From Paludibacteraceae bacterium (GTDB lineage: Bacteria; Bacteroidota; Bacteroidia; Bacteroidales; Paludibacteraceae), in NCBI GenBank assembly GCA_045577965.1, contig JAZNJI010000002.1, positions 4,323 to 68,322 of the forward strand: a DNA stretch of 64,000 nucleotides, in the 5' to 3' direction. Position numbers and translations under genes: made by a program. Positions 53,707 through 62,841 of this stretch are shown in pieces. The notes beneath the pieces were generated by a model, which did not search any database, had not been told where the DNA came from, and was given only the letters and a program-made list of their open reading frames with translations. How positions within the stretch are numbered: position 1 is the first letter of the stretch; each line of letters starts with the position of its first letter.

Positions 53707-55998
53707 CTATTTCTTATTCACATTCACGCTATTCAGCACTGCCACCATCTTTGGCAAACGTCCTTGTTCAAAGGTTTGATTTAAGAAGTGTACTGAATCA
53801 TACGTGGTGTACTTGGCACGAGCCACAATCAAGGTCAGATCTGCCACTCGATTGAGCAAGAAGGTATCACTCACCTCACCCAATGAAGCAGTATCCACTA
53901 TCACATAATCATAGCGCTGACGCAATTCAGCAAACATCAAATCCAATCGCTCACTTTGCAATAACTCACTTGGATTGGGTGGTACGATACCTGCTGGCAA
54001 CGCTACCAAATTTTGAATGGATGTAGGCACTACCACATCATCCAAAGTATATGTATCATCCGATAAATAAGACGTCAAGCAACCTTCTGATGACAAATGC
54101 ATATAATTGTCTATCATCGGATTACGAAGATCCAAACCTACCAAAGCCACCTTTTTTCCAAGCATAGCCATAGATGCAGCCAAGTTAGTAGCCACATAGG
54201 ATTTACCCTCGTTGTCAACACAGGATGTCACCAACAACACCGAAGATTGCCCCTTCGATGGCAGCATAAAACCTATATTCGTACGCAATGTGCGGAATAA
54301 TTCGGCTGAAGTCGAATTCGCCCCCTCACGTACTACTACACTAGCACCAGAAGTGTCTTTTGCTAAATTTCCCAACAATGGCATCTTGGTGCGAGCCTCC
54401 CAATCCTTGCTAGTTAGCACACGATTATTCAACACATCGAAAATAATTATCACGCCTAGTGGCAATAGCAACCCAAGAATCAAGAACACCAATATCGTCT
54501 TATAGCTTGGACTCACAAGCCGTGGATTGATTTGAGGGGTGGTGATTACTTTGATTGGCATTACATTCGAAGCTAATAGCAATGCATTTTCTTCATACTC
54601 CTCACACATAAACAAATACAAATCCTCCTTCAGATTCTTCTCTCTAACCAGCTTTTCATAATTTCTCACATGATCTGGCAAATTCTTTCGTTGCTCATCA
54701 GCTACCAGAAAATGCTTATCTAAATCTTGTTTCGAAATCAACAAAGCCTTGCGAATATTATTAACTGTAGACAATATATTCGCACGCAATACTACTAGCT
54801 CTGCATCTATTTGATCCACTTGAGGTCCCTCCGTAGCACCAAGACGCATCTTCTTCATTATCAGCGTATTATAGTCCTCAGCAGCAGTAATCAAGGAGAG
54901 ACCTGAGACACCTGAGGAAGATGATTTTGCATCCTCTTGTTTCGACTGATATGTGGTAATCATAAACATGGCTGGCAACAAATCATCCGTATTGGATTTA
55001 TCCTCCATAAACTCACACAAATAATCCATCATCTTGATTTGTGTTTCCACATCCGCCAACTGCTTACGATATTCCACATCCTCCTCCAAGAACAACTGAC
55101 GTTCCGCCGTTGGAGCTACTAAGCCATGCTTTTCTAGATACTGAACAGTGGTTTCCTCGGCTTGCATCAAATCCATTTCCATCACGCGCAAACGCTCTTC
55201 AATAAAGGCTGCAGTATTTTGCGCAATCAGATTTTTATCTGCAACAGCATCCGCATTGTACAAATCGATTATTTTTTGAATGTAATCCTTTGCACGTTGT
55301 GGAACATCCGTAGTCGAAGTAATCGAAATTACCTTCGAATCTTTTCTAAGTGCACTCACACCTACGCGATTCTTATACAATGCTATTGCTGATAGACGAG
55401 AATATATCTTTACTTGGTATTGAGCTCCCGCGATCACTTTTTCAGGATTACGAACATCAAACTGCAAGTCGCCTGCACAAGTCGTAATTGGTTTTGACAA
55501 ATCTGTCACTATGTGTTTACTACTCAAGCGCTTACCTACTTTCACCTTCACCACATAGTCATTCTTACGCACCTTGATATCAATCTTGGTGGTCATTGAT
55601 AGCGTATCCAAATAACTAGGAGAACATACTACCGCAATATCACTCTGAGGGTACTGACCTTTCCAGCGCAAATGATGCTTCTTACTATATTCAACCTGCA
55701 AATTCAAGTCCTGAACCACTTGCCAAATCATGTCACGCGATGTCAGCAAAGCAATCTCATCATCCACCTGCTTCGATCCCTTCATACCCAACATATCCAA
55801 CATATCCGTTTGGATAAAGGCATTACCATCTTTGTCACGAAGCATAATCTCCGACTCTACCGTAAAGGTATTGTTCGTTGACAAATATTTCAGCGTACCT
55901 AGCAGGCCAAATACAGCAGCACTCAGTACAAACCAATACCAATTTTTCAGTATTCGCAGCATCCAAACACGGATATCTAATTCTTTTTTCTCTTGCAT
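53707..55998 (-). CDS. polysaccharide chain-length determinant / tyrosine autokinase (Wzc/GumC-like)
   Basis: N-terminal Wzz domain with TM segments, a coiled coil, and a C-terminal P-loop SCVDNEGKSYVATNLA with VIVDTAS are present. Its stop lies 1 nt before the topB start. Confidence 0.8.
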   Translation of the reverse strand: MQEKKELDIRVWMLRILKNWYWFVLSAAVFGLLGTLKYLSTNNTFTVESEIMLRDKDGNAFIQTDMLDMLGMKGSKQVDDEIALLTSRDMIWQVVQDLNLQVEYSKKHHLRWKGQYPQSDIAVVCSPSYLDTLSMTTKIDIKVRKNDYVVKVKVGKRLSSKHIVTDLSKPITTCAGDLQFDVRNPEKVIAGAQYQVKIYSRLSAIALYKNRVGVSALRKDSKVISITSTTDVPQRAKDYIQKIIDLYNADAVADKNLIAQNTAAFIEERLRVMEMDLMQAEETTVQYLEKHGLVAPTAERQLFLEEDVEYRKQLADVETQIKMMDYLCEFMEDKSNTDDLLPAMFMITTYQSKQEDAKSSSSGVSGLSLITAAEDYNTLIMKKMRLGATEGPQVDQIDAELVVLRANILSTVNNIRKALLISKQDLDKHFLVADEQRKNLPDHVRNYEKLVREKNLKEDLYLFMCEEYEENALLLASNVMPIKVITTPQINPRLVSPSYKTILVFLILGLLLPLGVIIIFDVLNNRVLTSKDWEARTKMPLLGNLAKDTSGASVVVREGANSTSAELFRTLRTNIGFMLPSKGQSSVLLVTSCVDNEGKSYVATNLAASMAMLGKKVALVGLDLRNPMIDNYMHLSSEGCLTSYLSDDTYTLDDVVVPTSIQNLVALPAGIVPPNPSELLQSERLDLMFAELRQRYDYVIVDTASLGEVSDTFLLNRVADLTLIVARAKYTTYDSVHFLNQTFEQGRLPKMVAVLNSVNVNKK

Positions 55999-56053
55999 AT
56001 TAAACTATGTTTTGGGCAAACAAATATTATTCAATTTCATATTTTTAAGCCTG

Positions 56054-56061
56054 CAAAGATA
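56054..56061 (-). promoter_or_regulatory. -7 box TATCTTTG for the Wzc-like / topB unit
   Basis: 56 nt before the ATG. Confidence 0.65.
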
Positions 56062-56118
56062 CTGCTTTTTTTTAATATAACCAAATCTCGTACCTTTTTT
56101 CAACCTTTTATTTCAATT

Positions 56119-56175
56119 CAGTTAGTGATTAGTTAGTGATTAATTAGTGATTAGTTAGATATTAGTTAGTGATTA
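56119..56175. repeat. C-free word array
   Basis: cagttagtgattagttagtgattaattagtgattagttagatattagttagtgatta. Confidence 0.85.
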
Positions 56176-56271
56176 TAAAATAAATAGAGAAAAGAAGAAA
56201 TAAAAAAAACAGCATTATCATTTTTTCTACGAAAATTCCACAAATTATTTTGCCATTTCAAAAAAAAATAG

Positions 56272-56279
56272 TACCTTTG
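56272..56279 (+). promoter_or_regulatory. -7 box TACCTTTG for rplU-rpmA, followed by a leader of about 125 nt
   Basis: Preceded by ttttgccatttcaaaaaaaaa. The leader is unusually long and relatively GC-rich. Confidence 0.7.
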
Positions 56280-56410
56280 CACGCTTTTTCGGCTTTTGGG
56301 CTCCAAAGTAGCGCTGCTGAGGGGACGGATGATACCATTTTCAGGTATGCCAACGTCGAGGACTCCGCATCTCGCCTGACCGATGTAATTAATTAAAAAC
56401 ATTTAAGTAA

Positions 56411-56728
56411 ATGTACGCAATTGTAGAAATGCAAGGCCTCCAATACAAAGTTGAGGCTGGCAAAAAACTCTTTGTTAACCGCATGGCAGCTGAGAAGGGT
56501 GCTGAGGTAACATTCGAGAAGGTGCTCCTCGTAGACAACGACGGAGAGGTAAAAGTAGGTGCTCCTGTTGTAGAGGGTGCTAAGGTGGTATGCGAAGTAC
56601 TCGACAACGAGTGCCGTGGCGAGAAAGTTCTCGTTTTCCACAAAAAACGCCGCAAAGGCTATCGTAAATTGAACGGCCATCGTCAAGATTTGACCAATCT
56701 CATTGTTAAAGAGATCGTTTTGGCTTAA
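56411..56728 (+). CDS. rplU: 50S ribosomal protein L21
   Basis: [24 protein letters not shown] is present. Confidence 0.95.
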   Translation: MYAIVEMQGLQYKVEAGKKLFVNRMAAEKGAEVTFEKVLLVDNDGEVKVGAPVVEGAKVVCEVLDNECRGEKVLVFHKKRRKGYRKLNGHRQDLTNLIVKEIVLA

Positions 56729-56763
56729 TTGTTTAACCTTTTTAAAAGCAAAGTTTAAGAGAT

Positions 56764-57027
56764 ATGGCACATAAGAAAGGTGTCGGTAGTTCCAAGAACG
56801 GCCGTGAATCAGAAAGCAAACGACTTGGTGTAAAGATCTTTGGTGGTCAATTCGCTAAAGCTGGTAACATCATCGTACGTCAACGTGGTACTGTACACAA
56901 CCCAGGCGAGAACATCGGTATGGGTTCTGACCACACTCTTTTCGCTCTTACAGATGGTATCGTATGCTTCCAAAAGAAGCGTAACAACAAATCATACGTT
57001 TCCATCCAACCGATTGCAGAGGCGTAA
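56764..57027 (+). CDS. rpmA: 50S ribosomal protein L27
   Basis: [24 protein letters not shown] is present. Confidence 0.95.
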   Translation: MAHKKGVGSSKNGRESESKRLGVKIFGGQFAKAGNIIVRQRGTVHNPGENIGMGSDHTLFALTDGIVCFQKKRNNKSYVSIQPIAEA

Positions 57028-57050
57028 TCGGCAAGAGAAAACTAACTATA

Positions 57051-57098
57051 ATTTCTCCTACCGATTGCTTCGGCAGTTGGCAGGAGAAATTTGTTTTT
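57051..57098 (+). terminator. rplU-rpmA terminator
   Basis: atttctcctaccgattgc-ttcg-gcagttggcaggagaaat, followed by ttgttttt. Confidence 0.85.
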
Positions 57099-57100
57099 AA

Positions 57101-57149
57101 TACAATACTACACCACTCTAAACAACACTACACTATCCTACACAACCCC
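57101..57149. repeat. G-free word array forming the serS leader
   Basis: tacaatactacaccactctaaacaacactacactatcctacacaacccc, followed by ATG. Confidence 0.85.
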
Positions 57150-57150
57150 T

Positions 57151-58503
57151 ATGCTTACACTCAAACAAATATACGACAACAAAGCAGCCATTGTCGCTGG
57201 CTTAGAGAAAAAACATTTCGCTAATGCAGCTGAAACTATTGAGCAAGTCATCGCTCTTGACGCTGAACGCAAAGCTGCACAACAAAAGAAGGACGCTGCG
57301 TCTGCCGAGATGAACAAGATCTCCAAGTCGATTGGTGCACTCATGGCGCAAGGCAAAAAAGACGAAGCAGAGGCGGCCAAAGCACAAACAGGTGCACTCA
57401 AGCAAGCCATCCCTGGCTACGAACAAGAGATGGCAAAGGCTGAAGAGGCTTTGACAACACTTCTTCTCACCATCCCTAACGTACCTTATGACCTCGTACC
57501 AGAAGGTGGCAGTGCAGAGGATAACCTCGTCGTGAAAATCGGCAACTGGGCTAACCAACCGATGCTTGACAAACTCGCTGCCGAAGGCACTATCGCAATC
57601 CGCGATTGGGATAACGCCACCGACGAACAACTTGCCAACAACGATAAACTCCCACATTGGGAACTCGCAAAAAAATACAATCTTATTGACTTCGATTTAG
57701 GTGTCAAAATTTCTGGCGCTGGCTTCCCTGTATACATAGGTTTAGGCGCGCGCTTGCAACGCGCGTTGATTAACTTTTTCCTCGCAGAAGCAAACAAAGC
57801 AGGATACACCGAGATTATGCCTCCTACAGTAGTCAACCAAGCCAGCGGTTATGGTACAGGCCAACTACCTGATAAAGAGGGACAAATGTACCACTGCCAA
57901 TTGGACGACCTATACTTGATTCCTACAGCAGAGGTACCTGTAACCAATATCTACCGCGATGTAATTCTCGAAGAGGCACAACTCCCAATCAAGAACTGCG
58001 CTTACACCCAATGTTTCCGCCGCGAAGCGGGTTCATACGGCAAAGATGTACGCGGACTCAACCGCCTGCACGAGTTCAGCAAAGTGGAGATCGTTCGTAT
58101 CGATACCCCTGAACACTCCGACAAGAGCCACAAAGAGATGTTAGAGCACGTAGAAGGCCTTCTCCAAAAACTCGAACTCCCTTATCGTGTACTACGCTTG
58201 AGTGGTGGTGACATGTCATTTACCGCTGCCCTCTGCTACGACTTTGAAGTGTATTCCGAGGCACAACATCGTTGGTTAGAGGTGTCGTCAACTTCGAATT
58301 TTGACACCTATCAAGCCAACCGTTTGCACTGCCGCTATCGTCGTGCAGAAGACAAGAAAGTCACTCTAGCTCACACACTTAACGGCTCTGCACTTGCTCT
58401 CCCTCGTATCGTGGCTGCCCTTTTGGAGAACAACCAAACACCCGAGGGTATCCGCATACCTGCCGCACTCCAACCATACATGGGATGCGACATGATTAAG
58501 TAA
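57151..58503 (+). CDS. serS: seryl-tRNA synthetase
   Basis: Coiled-coil N terminus and class II motifs (FRREAGS, GSALA.PR) are present. The track start at 57091 lies in the terminator and word array. Confidence 0.93.
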   Translation: MLTLKQIYDNKAAIVAGLEKKHFANAAETIEQVIALDAERKAAQQKKDAASAEMNKISKSIGALMAQGKKDEAEAAKAQTGALKQAIPGYEQEMAKAEEALTTLLLTIPNVPYDLVPEGGSAEDNLVVKIGNWANQPMLDKLAAEGTIAIRDWDNATDEQLANNDKLPHWELAKKYNLIDFDLGVKISGAGFPVYIGLGARLQRALINFFLAEANKAGYTEIMPPTVVNQASGYGTGQLPDKEGQMYHCQLDDLYLIPTAEVPVTNIYRDVILEEAQLPIKNCAYTQCFRREAGSYGKDVRGLNRLHEFSKVEIVRIDTPEHSDKSHKEMLEHVEGLLQKLELPYRVLRLSGGDMSFTAALCYDFEVYSEAQHRWLEVSSTSNFDTYQANRLHCRYRRAEDKKVTLAHTLNGSALALPRIVAALLENNQTPEGIRIPAALQPYMGCDMIK

Positions 58504-58525
58504 GAAAAATACTACAATAAAATCA

Positions 58526-58573
58526 AATCGCACATTTTGTAAGGCAAAGCCTTGCATATGTGCGATTTTTTTT
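58526..58573 (+). terminator. serS terminator
   Basis: aatcgcacat...atgtgcgatt with inner hairpin aaggcaaagcctt, followed by tttttt. Confidence 0.85.
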
Positions 58574-58574
58574 G

Positions 58575-58582
58575 TAACTTTG
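58575..58582 (+). promoter_or_regulatory. -7 box TAACTTTG for the 58607-60226 unit
   Basis: 25 nt before ATG 58607. Confidence 0.65.
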
Positions 58583-58606
58583 CACCCAAATTTTATTTGG
58601 GTGATT

Positions 58607-59119
58607 ATGATAGAGATTTTAAAATACTGCATTCCTGCTCTTTGCGTCCTTCTAGCGACGTGGCTCGTCATGCATAAGTTCTATAAAAGCGAGACAGAAA
58701 AGCGCCTTTGGGAGCTCAAACGAATTTCACAAAAAGAGATTTCTCCCCTGCGTATGCGAGCGTACGAGCGCTTGGCATTGCTGCTTGAGCGTACTACGCC
58801 CGAACACATGCTGATTGATCTCAACTTGGCAGAGATGACTCCTCTCCAAGTGCAAGCACAACTTATGCATACTATTCGCCAAGAATTTGACCACAATCTC
58901 AGCCAGCAGATTTATGTCAGCGACGAGGTTTGGGGGATGATAGAAAACGCTAAACAGCAAACTGTGGCTTTCGTGAATAGTATCGCACAACAGATGCCCG
59001 AAGGGAGTAGCGCATTGGACTATGCTAAAACGCTTATTACTGCCTACCGCACCAATGGCGATACTCCAAACGATATTGCACTGCAAGCACTGCGCAACGA
59101 GGCAAAGACATTAATCTGA
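58607..59119 (+). CDS. membrane-anchored hypothetical protein
   Basis: It starts 25 nt after a TAACTTTG box and has an N-terminal TM helix IEILKYCIPALCVLLATWLVM. Confidence 0.5.
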   Translation: MIEILKYCIPALCVLLATWLVMHKFYKSETEKRLWELKRISQKEISPLRMRAYERLALLLERTTPEHMLIDLNLAEMTPLQVQAQLMHTIRQEFDHNLSQQIYVSDEVWGMIENAKQQTVAFVNSIAQQMPEGSSALDYAKTLITAYRTNGDTPNDIALQALRNEAKTLI

Positions 59120-59589
59120 TGCAGAGAAAGTGGTATATATTAATATGTTTGATATTAGGACTTGCAGCTTGTGAGCCTGATACCACATGCCACCAAGAAT
59201 TAGGATCTGCTGTACAAATAACCCTATCCGCAGATTCTATCAATTCGGTAGGCGATACGGTTCACTATGCCCAGTGGGATAGCATAATGGTTGTTGGAAT
59301 CGGTAGCGACATAGGTATACTAAGCAGAGGTATCAAGACCATGGGATTAGAGTTGCGGCCTGATACCAATCAGACTGCCTACTTGATGCTCTACCACAAT
59401 CAGATAGATACACTTTACATTCAACATACCCCTCGCCAGCAGTTCATCAGTCTGGCATGTGGCTGTGCAGTGTACCACACCATCACTGCAGCGTGGTCCA
59501 GTGATCCACGCGTAGATAGCGTAAGTATCATTAATGCCACAGTTGAATCCGTTGCACAAAATAATCTTTGTATCTACCTACATGAATAG
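59119..59589 (+). CDS. hypothetical lipoprotein
   Basis: Lipobox LGLAACEPD is present. TGATG overlap with the upstream gene. Confidence 0.5.
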   Translation: MQRKWYILICLILGLAACEPDTTCHQELGSAVQITLSADSINSVGDTVHYAQWDSIMVVGIGSDIGILSRGIKTMGLELRPDTNQTAYLMLYHNQIDTLYIQHTPRQQFISLACGCAVYHTITAAWSSDPRVDSVSIINATVESVAQNNLCIYLHE

Positions 59590-60226
59590 ACTATTGCTCA
59601 TAGTATCCTTATGCTGTCTCGCGTTATGCGCGAGCGCGCGAGAGTATGCAGATACCGCACTCTATCAAGGTATGAGCATAAAACTAGATATCGGTACACC
59701 TATTCTTGAAATAGCACGTTCCAAGGGAAAGATACAAAATTACGAAGCAGCTATCAATGTACGCCTTGCAAAACGCTTCTACCCAACACTTGAAGCAGGA
59801 TATGCTTTTGCAGAACGCGGGGTCGATGGCGGATTACACAAAGGACATGGTGGTTTTGGTCGCCTAGGAGTGGATATGGCTGTAGTGAAGAAAGGTACAA
59901 CAGAAAATAATATGCTCATTGGTTTGCGCTTTGGTGGAGCATACCAAAACTACGATCTTACAAATGTGAAACTATATAGTGAATATTGGGGAGAAAAACA
60001 ACTGAATTTCTACGACCAACATCGTTTTGATTGTTGGGGTGAAATAGTAGCTGGCTGTCAAGTGCAAATATACAAAGGCTTTCAGATGGGATGGTATATC
60101 CGTATGAAACTACTGTTTACACGTAATGCAAAAGAGGGAGAAGTGATGCCGTACTATGTGCCAGGGTTAGGTTTCCGAAAGGATTTCAACTGGGGATTCA
60201 ATTACTACCTTGCATATAAATTTTAA
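59582..60226 (+). CDS. hypothetical secreted protein, probable small OM beta-barrel
   Basis: Signal peptide MNRLLLIVSLCCLALCASA, alternating beta pattern and terminal YYLAYKF are present. Confidence 0.5.
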   Translation: MNRLLLIVSLCCLALCASAREYADTALYQGMSIKLDIGTPILEIARSKGKIQNYEAAINVRLAKRFYPTLEAGYAFAERGVDGGLHKGHGGFGRLGVDMAVVKKGTTENNMLIGLRFGGAYQNYDLTNVKLYSEYWGEKQLNFYDQHRFDCWGEIVAGCQVQIYKGFQMGWYIRMKLLFTRNAKEGEVMPYYVPGLGFRKDFNWGFNYYLAYKF

Positions 60227-60296
60227 CAACACCAAACAATACTACACAGCCCGCTTGCGGGCACTACACAACGCTAAACAATATAACACGATACAA
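60225..60296. repeat. G-poor word array with mini-hairpin forming the tkt leader
   Basis: aacaacaccaaacaatactacac, then agcccgcttgcgggc, then actacacaacgctaaacaatataacacgatacaatc. Confidence 0.85.
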
Positions 60297-60298
60297 TC

Positions 60299-62311
60299 AT
60301 GAATTCAAAACAACTAATGACAAAAGCGGCAGATAACATCCGTATCCTCGCCGCAGCAATGGTCGAGAAGGCCAAGAGTGGTCACCCAGGTGGCTCTATG
60401 AGTGGAGCTGACTTTGTACAAGTGCTTTACTCTGAGTTCCTTATCCACGACCCAGAGAACCCATGTTGGGAGGCGCGCGACCGTTTCTTCCTTGATCCTG
60501 GTCACATGTCACCAATGCTCTATGCACAACTCTGCATGACAGGCCACTTCACCATGGACGAACTCAAGCAACTCCGTCAATGGGGCAGCGTCACTCCTGG
60601 TCACCCAGAGCGCAATGTAGAGCGTGGCATCGAAAACACCTCTGGTCCTCTTGGTCAAGGTCACACTTTTGCTGTTGGTGCGGCTATTGCGGCTAAGTGG
60701 TTCAACGCTCGTTACGGCGAGATCCACAACCCTACAATCTACGCTTTCATCTCTGATGGTGGTATCCAAGAGGAGATTAGCCAAGGTGCTGGCCGTATGG
60801 CAGGTCACCTCAAACTCAACAACCTCATCATGTACTACGACTCCAACGAGATTCAGCTCTCTACCTCTTGCAACGAGGTAAGTTCCGAGAACGTAGCCAT
60901 GAAGTACGAGGCATGGGGTTGGTATGTTCAAGACATCGATGGTCATGATCCTGACGCTATCCGCCAAGCTATCATCAACGCACAAGCAGAGAAGAATCGC
61001 CCATCGCTCATCATCGGTCATACTTCTATGGGTAAAGGCTGCGTGAATGCCGAAGGCGAGAGTTGGGAAGGTAAGACCTCTACCCATGGTCAACCACTCA
61101 GCAAGTCTGGTGCATCGTTTGAAGCTACTGTCAAGAACCTTGGCGGAGACCCTGAGAACCCATTCCAAATTTTCCCTGACGTACAAGCGCTCTTCGACAA
61201 ACGCGCTGAGGAACTTCGTGAGATAACCAACCAACGCTATGCCGCTTATCACGAATGGAAAGAGGCTAATCCATTGGCTGCCAATGAGTACGAGACCTTT
61301 ATGAGCGGCGAGACACCTTGCCTTGACTGGAGTTTGCTCCAACAGAAAGACAATGTCGCAACCCGTACAGCTTCCGCTTCTGCCCTCTCCTTCCTCTCTG
61401 AGCATGTCGGCAACATGATTGTATCCTCCGCCGACCTTTGCAACTCAGATAAGACCGACGGCTTCCTCAAGCATACCCATGTCATCACAGCCGATGACTT
61501 CACCGGTCGCTTCCTCCAATCAGGTGTGAGCGAGCTCACCATGGCGTGCGTCTGCATTGGTATGGCGCTCCACGGCGGTATCATTCCTGCTTGTGGTACC
61601 TTCTTCGTCTTCTCTGACTACATGAAACCTGCTATCCGTATGGCAGCCCTCATGGAGATTCAGATGATGTTCGTTTGGAGCCACGATGCTTTCCGTGTAG
61701 GTGAGGATGGTCCTACCCACGAGCCAGTGGAGCAAGAGGCACAAATCCGTCTCATGGAGAAACTCCACAACCATTCTGGTCGTCCAAGCGTGATGGTACT
61801 CCGTCCTGCTGACGCAGAGGAGACTACTGCTGCATGGAAGATGGCAATGGAGAATATCTACACCCCAACTGCCCTTATCTTCTCTCGCCAAGATGTTACC
61901 TCTGTGCCTAACACCTCAGAGGCTGGCGTGAAGAAAGGTGCGTATATCGTAAGCAAAGACGAGAGCCCACAAGTGGTGATGATCGCTTCTGGTAGCGAGG
62001 TATCTACCCTTATGGCTGGTGCTGAACTCCTCCGCGCCGAGGGTATCCGCCTTCAAATCGTGAGCGTTCCTTCAGAAGCGATCTTCCGTCAACAAAGCAA
62101 GGAGTACCAAGCAGAGGTGTTGCCACAAGGTGTTACTCGCTTTGGTTTGACCGCAGGCTTGCCATGTAACCTCGAAGGCCTCGTAGGCGAACACGGTACA
62201 GTTTGGGGACTCAATTCCTTCGGTTTCTCCGCACCATACAAAGTGCTCGACGAGAAACTCGGCTTCACCGCAGAGAATGTATATAACCAAGTTAAAGCGT
62301 TGCTTTCGTAG
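60299..62311 (+). CDS. tkt: transketolase
   Basis: SGHPGGSMS, GPLGQGH and the TPP/pyrimidine-binding blocks are present over 670 aa. Confidence 0.95.
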   Translation: MNSKQLMTKAADNIRILAAAMVEKAKSGHPGGSMSGADFVQVLYSEFLIHDPENPCWEARDRFFLDPGHMSPMLYAQLCMTGHFTMDELKQLRQWGSVTPGHPERNVERGIENTSGPLGQGHTFAVGAAIAAKWFNARYGEIHNPTIYAFISDGGIQEEISQGAGRMAGHLKLNNLIMYYDSNEIQLSTSCNEVSSENVAMKYEAWGWYVQDIDGHDPDAIRQAIINAQAEKNRPSLIIGHTSMGKGCVNAEGESWEGKTSTHGQPLSKSGASFEATVKNLGGDPENPFQIFPDVQALFDKRAEELREITNQRYAAYHEWKEANPLAANEYETFMSGETPCLDWSLLQQKDNVATRTASASALSFLSEHVGNMIVSSADLCNSDKTDGFLKHTHVITADDFTGRFLQSGVSELTMACVCIGMALHGGIIPACGTFFVFSDYMKPAIRMAALMEIQMMFVWSHDAFRVGEDGPTHEPVEQEAQIRLMEKLHNHSGRPSVMVLRPADAEETTAAWKMAMENIYTPTALIFSRQDVTSVPNTSEAGVKKGAYIVSKDESPQVVMIASGSEVSTLMAGAELLRAEGIRLQIVSVPSEAIFRQQSKEYQAEVLPQGVTRFGLTAGLPCNLEGLVGEHGTVWGLNSFGFSAPYKVLDEKLGFTAENVYNQVKALLS

Positions 62312-62351
62312 TTCAATATAGTTCAACGTTGTTCAAAATAGTTCAACATTG
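62311..62351. repeat. gttcaa word array upstream of four-helix-bundle gene 2
   Basis: gttcaatatagttcaacgttgttcaaaatagttcaacattg. Confidence 0.85.
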
Positions 62352-62360
62352 TATACTTGA

Positions 62361-62762
62361 ATGGCAGATATTCGTAAGATAGAAGACTTGCGCGTTTGGC
62401 AGAGTGCACGTGTGATTTGCAAAGATGTATATGTGCTGACACGCAAGGAAGAATTTGAAAAAGATTTTCGCTTTGTTCAACAAATCCGTTCTGCAGCAGG
62501 ATCTATTATGGATAATATCGCAGAAGGATTTGGACGAGGTGGAAACAAAGAGTTCTTGCAATTCTTGACTATTGCGCGAGGATCTATTCAAGAGGTATTA
62601 AGCCAGTTATACAGAGCTTTTGATGTTGGCTATATTACAGAAGATGAATTGGAAGTAGTTAAACAGAATGTTAATTCTACAGCTATTATGATTCATAACT
62701 TAATTGAAGCTATCAAAAAATCCGATATGAAAGGTTCTAAATACAACACTGAACCACACTGA
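62361..62762 (+). CDS. four-helix-bundle protein (23S rRNA IVS protein / Avd-like family), paralog 2
   Basis: IEDLRVWQSA...FVQQIRSAAGSIMDNIAEGFGRGGNKEFLQFLTIARGSIQEV is present. By eye it is about 60 percent identical to the 43713-44117 product. Confidence 0.8.
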   Translation: MADIRKIEDLRVWQSARVICKDVYVLTRKEEFEKDFRFVQQIRSAAGSIMDNIAEGFGRGGNKEFLQFLTIARGSIQEVLSQLYRAFDVGYITEDELEVVKQNVNSTAIMIHNLIEAIKKSDMKGSKYNTEPH

Positions 62763-62830
62763 ACAACTCTGAACCACAACATTGAACAGCGCGCAGCGCT
62801 ATTGAACCATATTGAACAATTTTGAACCAA
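62744..62830. repeat. tgaacc/ttgaac word array with mini-hairpin downstream of four-helix-bundle gene 2
   Basis: caacactgaaccacactgaacaactctgaaccacaacattgaac, then agcgcgcagcgct, then attgaaccatattgaacaattttgaacc. Its words are the reverse complement of the upstream gttcaa words. Confidence 0.9.
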
Positions 62831-62841
62831 ATAATAAAATT

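Noticed and set aside
57530-57650. Possible insertion of about 25 aa in SerS (NQPMLDKLAAEGTIAIRDWDNATDEQ) relative to remembered Bacteroides SerS
   Set aside because: The segment is not made of word repeats, and my recollection of ortholog length at this position is too uncertain to report.
60509-61405. 298-aa minus-strand ORF
   Set aside because: This is an antisense shadow of transketolase.
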